Shown here piece after piece: positions 15,926 through 25,704 of a stretch of DNA of 49,070 nt. The stretch spans positions 1 through 49,070 of IMG/VR virus record IMGVR_UViG_3300011335_000405. The stretch is one strand, 5' to 3'. Each line of letters opens with the position of its first letter. Within the stretch, counting starts at the first letter, position 1. Source of the stretch: a virus. Its lineage: Duplodnaviria > Caudoviricetes. The notes below the pieces were generated by a model. It saw only the letters and a list, made by a program, of their open reading frames with translations. It did no database searches and was not told the origin of the DNA. A program made the translations under genes and the position numbers.

Positions 15926-18900
15926 TTATTTGTTTGGTAGCCCACTCAAAAACATATTGTATGTTTTTTGGTAGCCACTATCCAGCTTTTGAAATTTATC
16001 GAAATCTTCCTTACTGACTTTTTCTTTGAGCCATTTCTTGAATGCAATTTTCTCCGCTTGATCCATTGGCCCACTTCCAAGTCGTAATGGTTGACGATTC
16101 CTTGCGCCTGACTCCATGCTTTGAATTGCATTTGCTCGCTCCTTTTTTGGAAGTGAGTTCAAATATTCTTTTGCATACGCAACCGCCGCTCCGGGTTCTC
16201 CACGCTGGAGATAACTTGAAATCTCTCGGTTAATTGGTGTCATTTTACCGGGAGCAATATCCATTGGTCGTTTAGTCCTGTATTCCAACCCCGCGCTTGC
16301 CGCCCATCTGCGAGCATACTTGTTGAGTGAAGCAGTTTCCCTTCTGAACATCTCTTCTGCCACTGTTGGAGCCTTTGAATATCCTAATCCACTCGCGGCA
16401 GTTTGATAGAGCCTTTGTGAAACTCGGTATGCAGAAAGTGTTCGGTTAAGGTAGTTGTTAATATCGCCTGCTGTAATCTTACCTTGATCTGCTGCATTCT
16501 GAATAAATGTTGCAATCTCTTTGAAGATACTGAGAGCGGGAGGATCAAGAGGATTTTTTACTCGCTCACGATCCTGCCAATCCATGAAGAACTGAGTGTA
16601 GTTTCCGATGAGTCCAAGCGCACCCATCCCAATAAGATTATACCACGCCCGCTCAAGAGACAAATAGAGTTCATCGTCATCCTCGTCATCTTCAAATGCT
16701 CTAATGATGTCCTCGTAACTTGGCCCCTTCATTAGAACACCAAAAAGCATATCGCGCATACGAAGGATAACTTCACCGCCAACATACGCAGAACCAAGCC
16801 ACATCATCACTGGGATAATAGTGAGTGCTTTACCTTCCGCTTTCGTTACCTTCTTGGGTATCTCATCCAATGTAATCTTACGATTGTCACCAAGCTCTTT
16901 GGCTTCTGCCAATCGTAAACGATAAAGTAATTGGCGTGTTGGTTCTGGAAGTTGAAGTGTTTCGTTTTTGTTTGTGACTGCTTTCCAAGCTGGCTCAAAT
17001 GTATTCTTCCAGCTTTGGCGCATAACCTGCGTTGAGAACTTTTGATACTTGAAAAGGAATCTTCCAATAGGTGTATCTGTAAAAATTGGAGATTGAGCAA
17101 TCGTGTAACTTCCTTGTGAGATATTAGCAAAGTAACGGAGTAACTTGTCAGTTTCTGGCCCTGTGCCTTGCTCAACAATCAACTTATCAGCGTCAATGTT
17201 GTTTCGGTTCAACCATGTCAGTGATCGTTTAGAAAATGAACTATTAGGATTCTTAGACAGACTAAGAAGTGTTTTTCTCAAAAACGATTTTCCGATAATC
17301 ATACTCTGAGTTCTCACCATTTGCTCTACTGGCGTAAACCCAGACCACTTCAGCAAGAAGTCGGCTGTTTTTTGTCCCGCTTTAGCGATTCCATTTGATT
17401 CAAGAACGACTTGATGATCCCCAACTATATTCATCAAGTCACGAGATACGATGCCTTTTTCTCTCGCATCTTTGAGTTCTTTTCCAAGCTTGCGAAGTTC
17501 TGTAAAAGATGAAACATAACTTGAAAGTGCTCCCGGCTGTCCAACCATAGCGTTTAGAGTGGTTCCACCAAAGAAGTTCAACATAGCTGAAGCGGGGTTT
17601 CCAAGCTGCAATCCAGATGCCCAAATGTTCAGCGTTGCCATGCCTTTTACAATCGGATCATTAGGATAGTAACCTTCAACTCGCTCTTGTGCTGCTGTGA
17701 TATAATCAATCGTCCTACGATCTCTCGTTGATTCCCTTGATCTATCCCAAATAGTCTTTGAATTCTCTCCGAGTTTCTGACCAAATTGTTCGATTCGGCT
17801 ACTATGCTGCGCCCATCGTGCAACATAATCTGTCATCACTTGGGTAGAATAATCGTAAAGTTCTTCTGGAAACGCTTGCCCACGGGCAACTTCGATTCCA
17901 GAGAAATAATCATTCTGACCTCCCATTCCTTGATAATCAGAGATAAATACTTCAGCTTCTTCTGGGGTTTCAATCCTGCCAGACTTCATCAAGGCTTCTA
18001 CAATCTCGTTGTATTCTTTCTGATACTTGTCTGGTTCCATCAATGCTCGCTTATACTCTGGCTTGAGAACGCGAGGCCAAAACTTTTCTATCCTTCCAAT
18101 TGGTCGCCACCTTTGTAGCCCTTTATCATATACTTTAATTCCAATCCTTTGGTTTTCTTTTCCAGATTCTTCACCAAACTTCTGCCAAGCAGTAACAATC
18201 TTCTGTGTGATTGGATTCAACTCATCGAAGAACTCGGCGGTATCTCGCTTGTTTTCTTGTGCGGCAAAGAACATTTTGACCTCTTCATCAATCTTTGCCT
18301 TGGTTGCTTTTGATTGTTTGGAATACTCCTCAAATGCTGGCAGGAGAATCTTGTTAGCGAATCCAAGTCGGCGTTGAGCTTGATCGTAGTAATCATCAAT
18401 AGCTGTAGCCAACTTAGTGAACTTTGCCCTACGCAATCTATCGCTCGCAGATTCAAAGATGCCACGGACAAAAGCAAAGTTCTTAATGTGACTCTCAATC
18501 TTATTGTTGATTGGCATATTGTTTTCTTTGCCAATATCAATCCCTTGAACCAATCCTTCTGTAACAGTTTTTGCTTCTGGCTTTATTGGGGCGTTTTCTC
18601 CTTGCCCGATATTTACTGCTCCAGCTTCACCCTTCTTTGGAAGATAGCCCATCAGTTCATTCAACTTCGCTGGCGCACCACTCACTGCTTGCCATACTTC
18701 CCCAAGAAATTCTCTGACTGCATCACCGAATCTCTGGATCATCTGTTTAGCCCAAGCACCAAACTCCATGCCAGCTTCGTAGATATTCTGTCCTGCTTGG
18801 ATGAAGTCTTCTTTCGATGGGATTAGAATGCCGCCTTTTTCTCCGAGTTTTGGTTTTCCTTCTCCTTCTCGCGGGTGACGATATGTTTTCTTGTCATCCA

Positions 18901-21148
18901 ACTCATATCCAAATCTAGTTATTGAAGAACGAGGCGCACCAATGTCATCAAGTTCTTTAGCCTTGATTGACTTAAGTTCGGTTACTTTATCAACAATGTT
19001 TGGCTTCCCAAGGATGATTTGCTCCGCGATTTCATCTGCCTTTTGATTAGTTACATTTAATCTGTTTGCAACGAATAGAGAAATTGAGTTTTTAAGTTCA
19101 CGCAATCTTGGCTCCGCTTGGAATGGACTATCGCCACGCTTACCAAGCATCGTAGTCTTGAATACAGATAAAGCGTTTTTAGCTTGAGATATTGCTTGTG
19201 GCGCACTTTCACCAAGGAATTTACGATACCTGCTAGATTTAATATCTTGTTGCGGTATGCTTGGAGTTTCAGATGTTGTTGTTTTTACGACACTTGTAAT
19301 CGAAACCTCTTTTGGTAATGAAACGGATTTCGTTACCAAATCTTCAGCTTGCAACTTTAGAGGGGCAGATTCCATTACAGCAGGCGTAACCTCTGGCGCG
19401 GGAGCTTCTGCTGGTGCAGCTTGCTCGGTGACTGGTGCGGGAGTTTTCGTTTCCAGTTTGTTAATTCTTTCTTGGATTCGTGCCTTGCCAATCTTCGATG
19501 TTGTTGAAAAAAGCTCTTCACGCAAATCTTTAATCTGAACATCAACAGATGGTTCTTCAATTATTCCAACAGGTATGCTCTGAATCCCTGCTTCTTTGGC
19601 CGCTAAAGCCCGATTGCGTCCATCTTGAGAACCGCCATACTTATCAATATAAGGCAACGGAAACTTATCTCCAGCTTTCATATCCTGAGAATATTTAGCT
19701 CTATCGGCTTCAGTAAGTTTATTAGAAGCCATCCATTCCTCGTAACTTACCCCTAACTTGCCTGCTGTAGCCTGCCACGCTTGTTGTAAATACTCATCAG
19801 GTGACATACTTTCTGTTTTAGTGATCTTGGCATCTATTTCAGCGTCACCAGTTGTTTCTTGGAACGCGATGGTTGGCGCAACTTCTACTGGTGGCGTGAC
19901 TACTTGTTCTGCTGGGGCGGCTACGGGTGCAGCAAGTGCAGGCTGAACTGGTAAGGTTTCCTTAACAGTTGGCTCGGCAGGCGCGGTAATCGTTTTCGCC
20001 AATTCAATCTGTTGCTTCTCTGCTTCTGCTACTGGATCAGCGGATTCAACAATGTTATCTACTTGGCTTTGTGCTGCCGCGAGGATGGCTTCTTTCTCTT
20101 TCAGTTCCAGCTTTAGTTTCTGTGCTACTGGATCAGTTGATTCGATAGCTTGTAAGACTTGTTTGGTATCCGCGATTTCTTGTTCTAACTTTTGCTTGTT
20201 AGCCAACACCGCTTTACCCTGTGGATTATCGTTACCGATAAAAAGATTCTCAGCTTGTTTATCTGCGCTTTCGGTAATCTTAGCTTCTGCAATTTGCTCT
20301 GGTGTAAATGGTGCAGCGATAGTAGTAGCTGCCGCGCCAGCCGCGCCACCAATCAATGCTTCGCCGACTGCTTGTTTAGGATTAACTTGTATTCCTTTTT
20401 GGGTTTCTATAGTCTCACCAACTTGTTGAGTTAAGGACTGCAAACCTTCTGGAATGCCTTCTCCAATGAAAGATGCGGCAAGTCGTTTAGCAAATGAACC
20501 AACTGCCTTCTCTCCACCGGGAAGATACTTAGCTCCGAAAGCATTTAGCAAACCAGAACCAGCAGCGGTTGCTACCGCATACGCCATATCCTTATCGGTA
20601 GGTTCTGCATAACCATTATTCTTTGCTCGTTCTAAGGCAACTGGGCCTACGATTTGTGCTGCTTCAAACAACGCTGGCCCTGCGAATTGACCTATCGCTG
20701 CGCCTGCAACGCCAGTAGTGGGACTTATCAATGCCCCAAGTCCACCGCCAGCAACCGCGCCAGCAAGACGAGTCCCAATGCTTCCAATAATCTGACCAGT
20801 CTGTTCAGCAATAGCTCTCGGTGCATACTGAGGTGCGAAGCCTGCAACTTGAAACTCACCTTCTTGTGGCTCCATGAATCTTTGACCAGCAGAAACATAA
20901 CCTTCTGGTTCTTGAATCGCACCCTTTAATGCTGCACCTACTGCGGGAAATCCAGCAACTTGTGCCGTCTCACCCATAGCTTCAAGTGGTTGACCAAACG
21001 ATTCTTTTAGTGCCGCTGGTATTTGCGAGATTTCCTGACCAATAGAAGTGCCTACTGGTTTTTCTATTCCGAGATATGAATCAGGATCAAATGGCGTTTC
21101 TTTAACGCCACCTCCTTCAGCAAGATAAGCGTCTGGATCAAAGGCCAT
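15926..21148 (-). CDS. Large internal virion/ejection protein (polyvalent-type) with ParB/Srx-like domain
   Basis: 1740 aa, last gene of structural operon, MAFDPDAYL start, G/A-rich hydrophobic segments, QDGRNRALAAKEAGIQSIPV motif. Confidence 0.75.
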   Translation of the reverse strand: MAFDPDAYLAEGGGVKETPFDPDSYLGIEKPVGTSIGQEISQIPAALKESFGQPLEAMGETAQVAGFPAVGAALKGAIQEPEGYVSAGQRFMEPQEGEFQVAGFAPQYAPRAIAEQTGQIIGSIGTRLAGAVAGGGLGALISPTTGVAGAAIGQFAGPALFEAAQIVGPVALERAKNNGYAEPTDKDMAYAVATAAGSGLLNAFGAKYLPGGEKAVGSFAKRLAASFIGEGIPEGLQSLTQQVGETIETQKGIQVNPKQAVGEALIGGAAGAAATTIAAPFTPEQIAEAKITESADKQAENLFIGNDNPQGKAVLANKQKLEQEIADTKQVLQAIESTDPVAQKLKLELKEKEAILAAAQSQVDNIVESADPVAEAEKQQIELAKTITAPAEPTVKETLPVQPALAAPVAAPAEQVVTPPVEVAPTIAFQETTGDAEIDAKITKTESMSPDEYLQQAWQATAGKLGVSYEEWMASNKLTEADRAKYSQDMKAGDKFPLPYIDKYGGSQDGRNRALAAKEAGIQSIPVGIIEEPSVDVQIKDLREELFSTTSKIGKARIQERINKLETKTPAPVTEQAAPAEAPAPEVTPAVMESAPLKLQAEDLVTKSVSLPKEVSITSVVKTTTSETPSIPQQDIKSSRYRKFLGESAPQAISQAKNALSVFKTTMLGKRGDSPFQAEPRLRELKNSISLFVANRLNVTNQKADEIAEQIILGKPNIVDKVTELKSIKAKELDDIGAPRSSITRFGYELDDKKTYRHPREGEGKPKLGEKGGILIPSKEDFIQAGQNIYEAGMEFGAWAKQMIQRFGDAVREFLGEVWQAVSGAPAKLNELMGYLPKKGEAGAVNIGQGENAPIKPEAKTVTEGLVQGIDIGKENNMPINNKIESHIKNFAFVRGIFESASDRLRRAKFTKLATAIDDYYDQAQRRLGFANKILLPAFEEYSKQSKATKAKIDEEVKMFFAAQENKRDTAEFFDELNPITQKIVTAWQKFGEESGKENQRIGIKVYDKGLQRWRPIGRIEKFWPRVLKPEYKRALMEPDKYQKEYNEIVEALMKSGRIETPEEAEVFISDYQGMGGQNDYFSGIEVARGQAFPEELYDYSTQVMTDYVARWAQHSSRIEQFGQKLGENSKTIWDRSRESTRDRRTIDYITAAQERVEGYYPNDPIVKGMATLNIWASGLQLGNPASAMLNFFGGTTLNAMVGQPGALSSYVSSFTELRKLGKELKDAREKGIVSRDLMNIVGDHQVVLESNGIAKAGQKTADFLLKWSGFTPVEQMVRTQSMIIGKSFLRKTLLSLSKNPNSSFSKRSLTWLNRNNIDADKLIVEQGTGPETDKLLRYFANISQGSYTIAQSPIFTDTPIGRFLFKYQKFSTQVMRQSWKNTFEPAWKAVTNKNETLQLPEPTRQLLYRLRLAEAKELGDNRKITLDEIPKKVTKAEGKALTIIPVMMWLGSAYVGGEVILRMRDMLFGVLMKGPSYEDIIRAFEDDEDDDELYLSLERAWYNLIGMGALGLIGNYTQFFMDWQDRERVKNPLDPPALSIFKEIATFIQNAADQGKITAGDINNYLNRTLSAYRVSQRLYQTAASGLGYSKAPTVAEEMFRRETASLNKYARRWAASAGLEYRTKRPMDIAPGKMTPINREISSYLQRGEPGAAVAYAKEYLNSLPKKERANAIQSMESGARNRQPLRLGSGPMDQAEKIAFKKWLKEKVSKEDFDKFQKLDSGYQKTYNMFLSGLPNK
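16910..16925. repeat. Dispersed palindrome copy, 2 mismatches (CAATCGTAAACGATAA)
   Basis: Core ATCG-TAAA-CGAT intact. Confidence 0.65.
20226..20241. repeat. Dispersed palindrome copy (TTATCGTTACCGATAA), inside ejection protein gene
   Basis: Perfect arms. Confidence 0.95.
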
Positions 21149-21152
21149 GTAA

Positions 21153-22481
21153 TTAAATTCCTAATCTTTGTTTGATTTGGTTTGCGCGAGGATCATTTGA
21201 ATTCGCATTAGCCCAGTCTAATGCTTGTTGATCCATTGGCGAGAGTTTTTTTACTTCTGCTTTTTGAAGTTTTTTTGATGCAGACAAATTCAATCCTGTA
21301 GAGTCAGCAATTGCTGGAACAGTTTGAATTGTTTGGATCATCTCGTATTGCTTTTCAGTAATTGGGATAGGTGTTGCACCTTCTCTCGGAATAACAACAA
21401 ATGGAAATTTAGATTTTCCACTTTCAATATCACTTTCTGGTGCAGGAGCCAATGTAGCATTCAAAATACCACCATTTTTTTGAAAGATTTCCTTGAAGGT
21501 AGGAAGGTCAGCGGATGGACGCTCTTTAGATAACATTGAAGATGAGTTTCTAATCTTAGAAACAAATTCTTGGTTGTCTTTATATTGCTGTTCTCCAACT
21601 TTTACAAAGTCTTGTGAAAATGTTTTACGAACACTTGGATCAGTGGTTGTTCCACTTGCTGTCATCTTAATCCTAACTTGTTCATTTACTTTTGGAACGC
21701 CAATGCTTCCAATATCAATGCCGTATTCACCAAGATCAATTTTTGCTTCTTCATACTTAGAAGCACCCGGATCAAAAGCTACAGCTTGATTTGCTGCTTG
21801 AACTTTTTGCTGTGCAGGCAAAGCATTAAATCCAGCAACATTTGCAACTGAGGCTTGTTTGTATGCAGGTAGTTTTGCAAAATCTTTTTGAGCTTGTGCA
21901 GCTTCTTTAGTAGGGCCAGCCATTTCTGGTTGTTGCATTGTAAATGGTTTGCCTTCTGCTCCAAGTTGCGCTGCGCGTTCTTCTGGAGTTGCTGGAGGTT
22001 GCATTGTTGGTAATCCAGACATTTCAGCTACAGGAAGATTTACGTCAACTTCAGTTCCCATTACAGCTTGTTCTGCACCTTCTGCACCCGAAACCATTCC
22101 CTGACCCGTTCCTCCAGAATACCTGCCTTTATACGCTTCAATTTGACTCTTGCGTAGATAGTCATCAGCAAATTGTTTAGACATTGATGCCATTTGCTGA
22201 TTCATGTTTTGGATAAATGGATTGCTCGATGCTCCAAATTGGAGTTGAGCATTCATCAAATCACCATATCCCTCACTCAGATTGCCTTGGCCAATTTTAT
22301 CAAACGCACTTTTATATGTGGCTTGCAATACTGGTAGCACAGCTTGAGCTTGGGTTTGCGCTTCTTTCTGCGCCAACGCTGCACCTACATTTTGACCAAG
22401 TTTAGCCAAAGAATCTCCAACCCATGCGGTAGATTCCGATGCGCGATTGGTTCCCTGCATTATGAGTTCTGCGATAGACAT
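21153..22481 (-). CDS. Internal virion (ejection) protein
   Basis: Q/A-rich 442 aa; middle of three ejection-type genes. Confidence 0.65.
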   Translation of the reverse strand: MSIAELIMQGTNRASESTAWVGDSLAKLGQNVGAALAQKEAQTQAQAVLPVLQATYKSAFDKIGQGNLSEGYGDLMNAQLQFGASSNPFIQNMNQQMASMSKQFADDYLRKSQIEAYKGRYSGGTGQGMVSGAEGAEQAVMGTEVDVNLPVAEMSGLPTMQPPATPEERAAQLGAEGKPFTMQQPEMAGPTKEAAQAQKDFAKLPAYKQASVANVAGFNALPAQQKVQAANQAVAFDPGASKYEEAKIDLGEYGIDIGSIGVPKVNEQVRIKMTASGTTTDPSVRKTFSQDFVKVGEQQYKDNQEFVSKIRNSSSMLSKERPSADLPTFKEIFQKNGGILNATLAPAPESDIESGKSKFPFVVIPREGATPIPITEKQYEMIQTIQTVPAIADSTGLNLSASKKLQKAEVKKLSPMDQQALDWANANSNDPRANQIKQRLGI

Positions 22482-22487
22482 AATATT

Positions 22488-23534
22488 TTACACTGCTGTT
22501 GCTCTTGGAACATATCCCGATCCATAAACTTGACTAATGCTTCCTGCGTATGGTGCGGCTTGCTGTGCCGCTGCAAATGATCCATAAGTTGTTCCACCTG
22601 CTCCAGCCGCTCCCATTTGACCAGCAGCACCACTCATACCCATCAACGCACCAGAGGTAGCTTGTCCAATTTGAGAGACACCTTGGCCAGTTGCTTGTTG
22701 TGCTGCGTAGCTTGCGGCGGCATTCTCTTTGTTTGCTCCGTAGATTTGCGTAGCAAGACCAGATTGAGCATTGAAGATGTTAGAGAATATATCACCTGTC
22801 ATCTTAGCTTTCTGTAAGCCAACTTCTGCTTGAGCAGTTTGGTAGCCAAGTTGCAGTCTTCCTACATCAAGTGGTTCTGCTTGGAATGCTCGCGCCAATT
22901 GCTGCCAGTTCTGTGCTGTGCCTTGGATAGATGGGATTGCTGCCATTCCTTGTCTTTGAATATCAAGAGAAGTTAGTCCAAGGTTACGAGCAAATTGTCC
23001 TTGTGCGGCTTGAAATCCTCCAGCTTGTCCTGCTGTTGCTGGATTGAATCCTGCTCCTGCGCTTTCAGCGACATTCCGCATGATTTGTTCTTTTACATCT
23101 TGCGGCACTTCTCCCTTAAGGTATTGAGAAATAACATCCATCGCTTGCCCGATTTGTGCAGTAGCTTGTTGGCGTTGCTGTGCTGCTCCAGGTTGGAATT
23201 GTTCAAGTTGTTGTTGATAGTAATTTGAAATTTGACCAGCATCACCAAGCATTGATCCAAGATTATATTGAGGTGCTTTCACACCCTTAATCATCTTGCT
23301 AACTTTTTTCTGACCTTGTTCGTATCCAGCAACCGCTTCTCTCTGTTGCTTTTTAAATGCTCCTGATGCTGCACCTTGAGCCTTCTTTGCACGATCTGCT
23401 GCCGACATGGAGATAGCCGCCGATCCCGCTGCCGCACCTACAGCAATTACACCAGCAGCAATAGCGAATGCACTGGAATGAAACATCTGTGAATGTTTAT
23501 CGTTGCCTAATGGGTCTGGTAAAAGAAATCTCAT
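22488..23534 (-). CDS. Internal virion / DNA-transfer (pilot-like) protein
   Basis: N-terminal A/G hydrophobic stretch, Q/A/G-rich body. Confidence 0.65.
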   Translation of the reverse strand: MRFLLPDPLGNDKHSQMFHSSAFAIAAGVIAVGAAAGSAAISMSAADRAKKAQGAASGAFKKQQREAVAGYEQGQKKVSKMIKGVKAPQYNLGSMLGDAGQISNYYQQQLEQFQPGAAQQRQQATAQIGQAMDVISQYLKGEVPQDVKEQIMRNVAESAGAGFNPATAGQAGGFQAAQGQFARNLGLTSLDIQRQGMAAIPSIQGTAQNWQQLARAFQAEPLDVGRLQLGYQTAQAEVGLQKAKMTGDIFSNIFNAQSGLATQIYGANKENAAASYAAQQATGQGVSQIGQATSGALMGMSGAAGQMGAAGAGGTTYGSFAAAQQAAPYAGSISQVYGSGYVPRATAV

Positions 23535-24019
23535 TTAATTAAATCGGTTCGGTTATGCCGCCACTTCTGCACCCTTGGGTCTTCCTTGGCGATGTGAGGA
23601 TTAAAGTCTCTTGAAGTGATGCTGTCAATAATTTCGTCTGGATCAGTTAAATCTGTTACATGGCAAGTAGTCCAAATTGTATCCTTATGAGTAGCCAGCA
23701 AACGCCTTGTTCCTGCTTCTGTGATGCCACTGTAGCCTGTTTTATACCTATGTGCGGGGATGCCATGATACCAGACAGTCACATCGCCTTTCATGATGAA
23801 GAACGGATGAGTAGTCAGATGAAGCAAACTTGTCAGAATCGTATCCTTCGGCATATAGATTTCCCGAATATACATTCCCGGCGTGAACCTATGAATCAAC
23901 GGACATTCCCGTGGAGGTAATTTTAGAATCTCCAAGTCCATCAAGTTAAGTTCGTAGTCTGGATCACCATACCCAACTACACTCCTTGCGTCGATCTTGT
24001 CTGGAATTGTCAGTGTCAT
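23531..24019 (-). CDS. Cupin-fold protein
   Basis: HRFTPGMYIREIYMPK...LHLTTH...KGDVTV. Confidence 0.65.
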   Translation of the reverse strand: MTLTIPDKIDARSVVGYGDPDYELNLMDLEILKLPPRECPLIHRFTPGMYIREIYMPKDTILTSLLHLTTHPFFIMKGDVTVWYHGIPAHRYKTGYSGITEAGTRRLLATHKDTIWTTCHVTDLTDPDEIIDSITSRDFNPHIAKEDPRVQKWRHNRTDLIK

Positions 24020-24978
24020 CTATAAAGGAAATAATCGTTGGGTGATGGTGAAAGTAAATCAGACCCGATTAGGTTTTCTGCCCGACTATAGTTTGAGAAG
24101 CGGATTGGAGCGGCAGTTGGGATTTCTGCGTTTGACATTTCCTTCTCCTGCTCTTGCACAGCAAGGGATAGGTTACTCAAGAACTCCTGTGCCTTACGAT
24201 TCTCACGCGAGTTCAATGCCAATACAGCATAGATCATCGCATCAGGAATGAACTCAACTAATTCTTTTGGATCAGTTAGATCGAAGTATTTTTTAGATGC
24301 GTAGAGCGTGATACACTCGCAAGTCCTCGGTGCTTTGAACCTACGGAATGTAGGATTAGCATCATTCGGTTGATAGATTGCTATCAGCGTCTTTGCTTCC
24401 AATGCGGTATCGTAGGCATACACCCGAATTCTACCTTTGGTAATTGGCTTGGTTACTCCCCGAATTCCTTTTACAAGAAGATCAGATTTAGCCAGCGTTG
24501 GAGGATTGGCAGTAGTGACTTTAACTTTATGATAGGTATCATACTGATCTTGCGCTTCAAACATCAACTCTACGCCAATGTCTTCAGCCTCCTCTGCCAT
24601 TACCCCGATTTGGTATGGATGCGTAGTATAATCTCTGAAGAGAACGTGAAGTCCACCTACCTCAGTAATTCCTCTATGGCATGAGTTGCCTGCTTGTAGA
24701 GCAAAAGCATTTGTAGCATTGAACCATTCATCTGCGAGAGATGCTGATTCATCCCCGATCCAAGCAAGTTTAATTTGCTCATATCGAGATGGCAGCGTGA
24801 AACACCCATCAACACAACAAATTTGGACATATTCCTCTTGGCTTGACCACGCTTTCTTATTCCACAATAATCTCCTCGCTTGGTTTACAGCTTTGACTCC
24901 GCGTTCATACGAACACGTTCCACTGTCTCCGACGAAACCCTTAACGAGTTCCACCATCTCTTCGAGGGTATCAGCCAT
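24016..24978 (-). CDS. Tail adaptor / tail tubular protein A-like
   Basis: Position and size; VNQARRLL...FTLPSRY pattern. Confidence 0.55.
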   Translation of the reverse strand: MADTLEEMVELVKGFVGDSGTCSYERGVKAVNQARRLLWNKKAWSSQEEYVQICCVDGCFTLPSRYEQIKLAWIGDESASLADEWFNATNAFALQAGNSCHRGITEVGGLHVLFRDYTTHPYQIGVMAEEAEDIGVELMFEAQDQYDTYHKVKVTTANPPTLAKSDLLVKGIRGVTKPITKGRIRVYAYDTALEAKTLIAIYQPNDANPTFRRFKAPRTCECITLYASKKYFDLTDPKELVEFIPDAMIYAVLALNSRENRKAQEFLSNLSLAVQEQEKEMSNAEIPTAAPIRFSNYSRAENLIGSDLLSPSPNDYFLYR

Positions 24979-24983
24979 AGGGA

Positions 24984-24999
24984 TTATCGTTACCGATAA
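24984..24999. repeat. Dispersed palindrome copy (TTATCGTTACCGATAA)
   Basis: Perfect arms; fills gap between stop at 25000 and ATG at 24978. Confidence 0.95.
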
Positions 25000-25167
25000 T
25001 TATTTCATGCCAACGGGCTTGCCAGATTTTGGAAGCGGTGCGCTGGAGTATGGGCTTGGTGTCTTAGCTCCAAGGTTGGGTTTATTTCCCATTGTCTCAC
25101 GGATCATGCCGCGAGTTGGTGAGCCGCCTGAGACGAGACGAGGATCAGTTCCTTTTAGTGGTGTCAT
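25000..25167 (-). CDS. Small hypothetical protein, 55 aa (not in ORF track)
   Basis: MTPLKGTDPRLVSGGSPTRG...; fills operon gap. Confidence 0.6.
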   Translation of the reverse strand: MTPLKGTDPRLVSGGSPTRGMIRETMGNKPNLGAKTPSPYSSAPLPKSGKPVGMK

Positions 25168-25190
25168 ATGTTTATTTTGTTTGTGATGGC

Positions 25191-25700
25191 TTATGGTGTC
25201 GAGGAATGAACTGCCATCCAGTTCAAGCTCGTAATTTCTGCAATGTTGTTATCAACCCTTACTGTAAAGCCTGCTGTATTTTGGGTGATAATCGTATAAA
25301 GTGGAGTTGTTAAAGGTGTTCCAGAACCATAGATAGGAGTCAACGAAATACCATAAATAGCAGTCGGCATTGGAGAACTAAAGGTAACTCCAATAGATGT
25401 TGTATCTCCAGCAGCAATAGGAGATAGTGTTCCATATCTAACCCTAATTGTTGGATTTAACTCTAAAGCATCTACTCGCGTATCAAGTGCGGTTATCTGT
25501 GTTTGTTGGTCAGCAAGCGTTTCGTTGATTTGTGCAACCTGCTGTGGAGTTACATCGCCAAGACCGGGAACAAGGATAGTTCCGTTAGATAGAACCTCAT
25601 CAATAAATACTTGAAATACATTTTGCCAGTTACCAGTTGGACAGAAATCATCTGGAACATTTGGAAAAGTAATTGCAGGAGATGAATCGTTGTTGTCCAT
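25191..25700 (-). CDS. Virion structural protein (tail-associated)
   Basis: Short coiled coil plus C-terminal beta domain ending LNWMAV. Confidence 0.55.
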   Translation of the reverse strand: MDNNDSSPAITFPNVPDDFCPTGNWQNVFQVFIDEVLSNGTILVPGLGDVTPQQVAQINETLADQQTQITALDTRVDALELNPTIRVRYGTLSPIAAGDTTSIGVTFSSPMPTAIYGISLTPIYGSGTPLTTPLYTIITQNTAGFTVRVDNNIAEITSLNWMAVHSSTP

Positions 25701-25704
25701 TATA

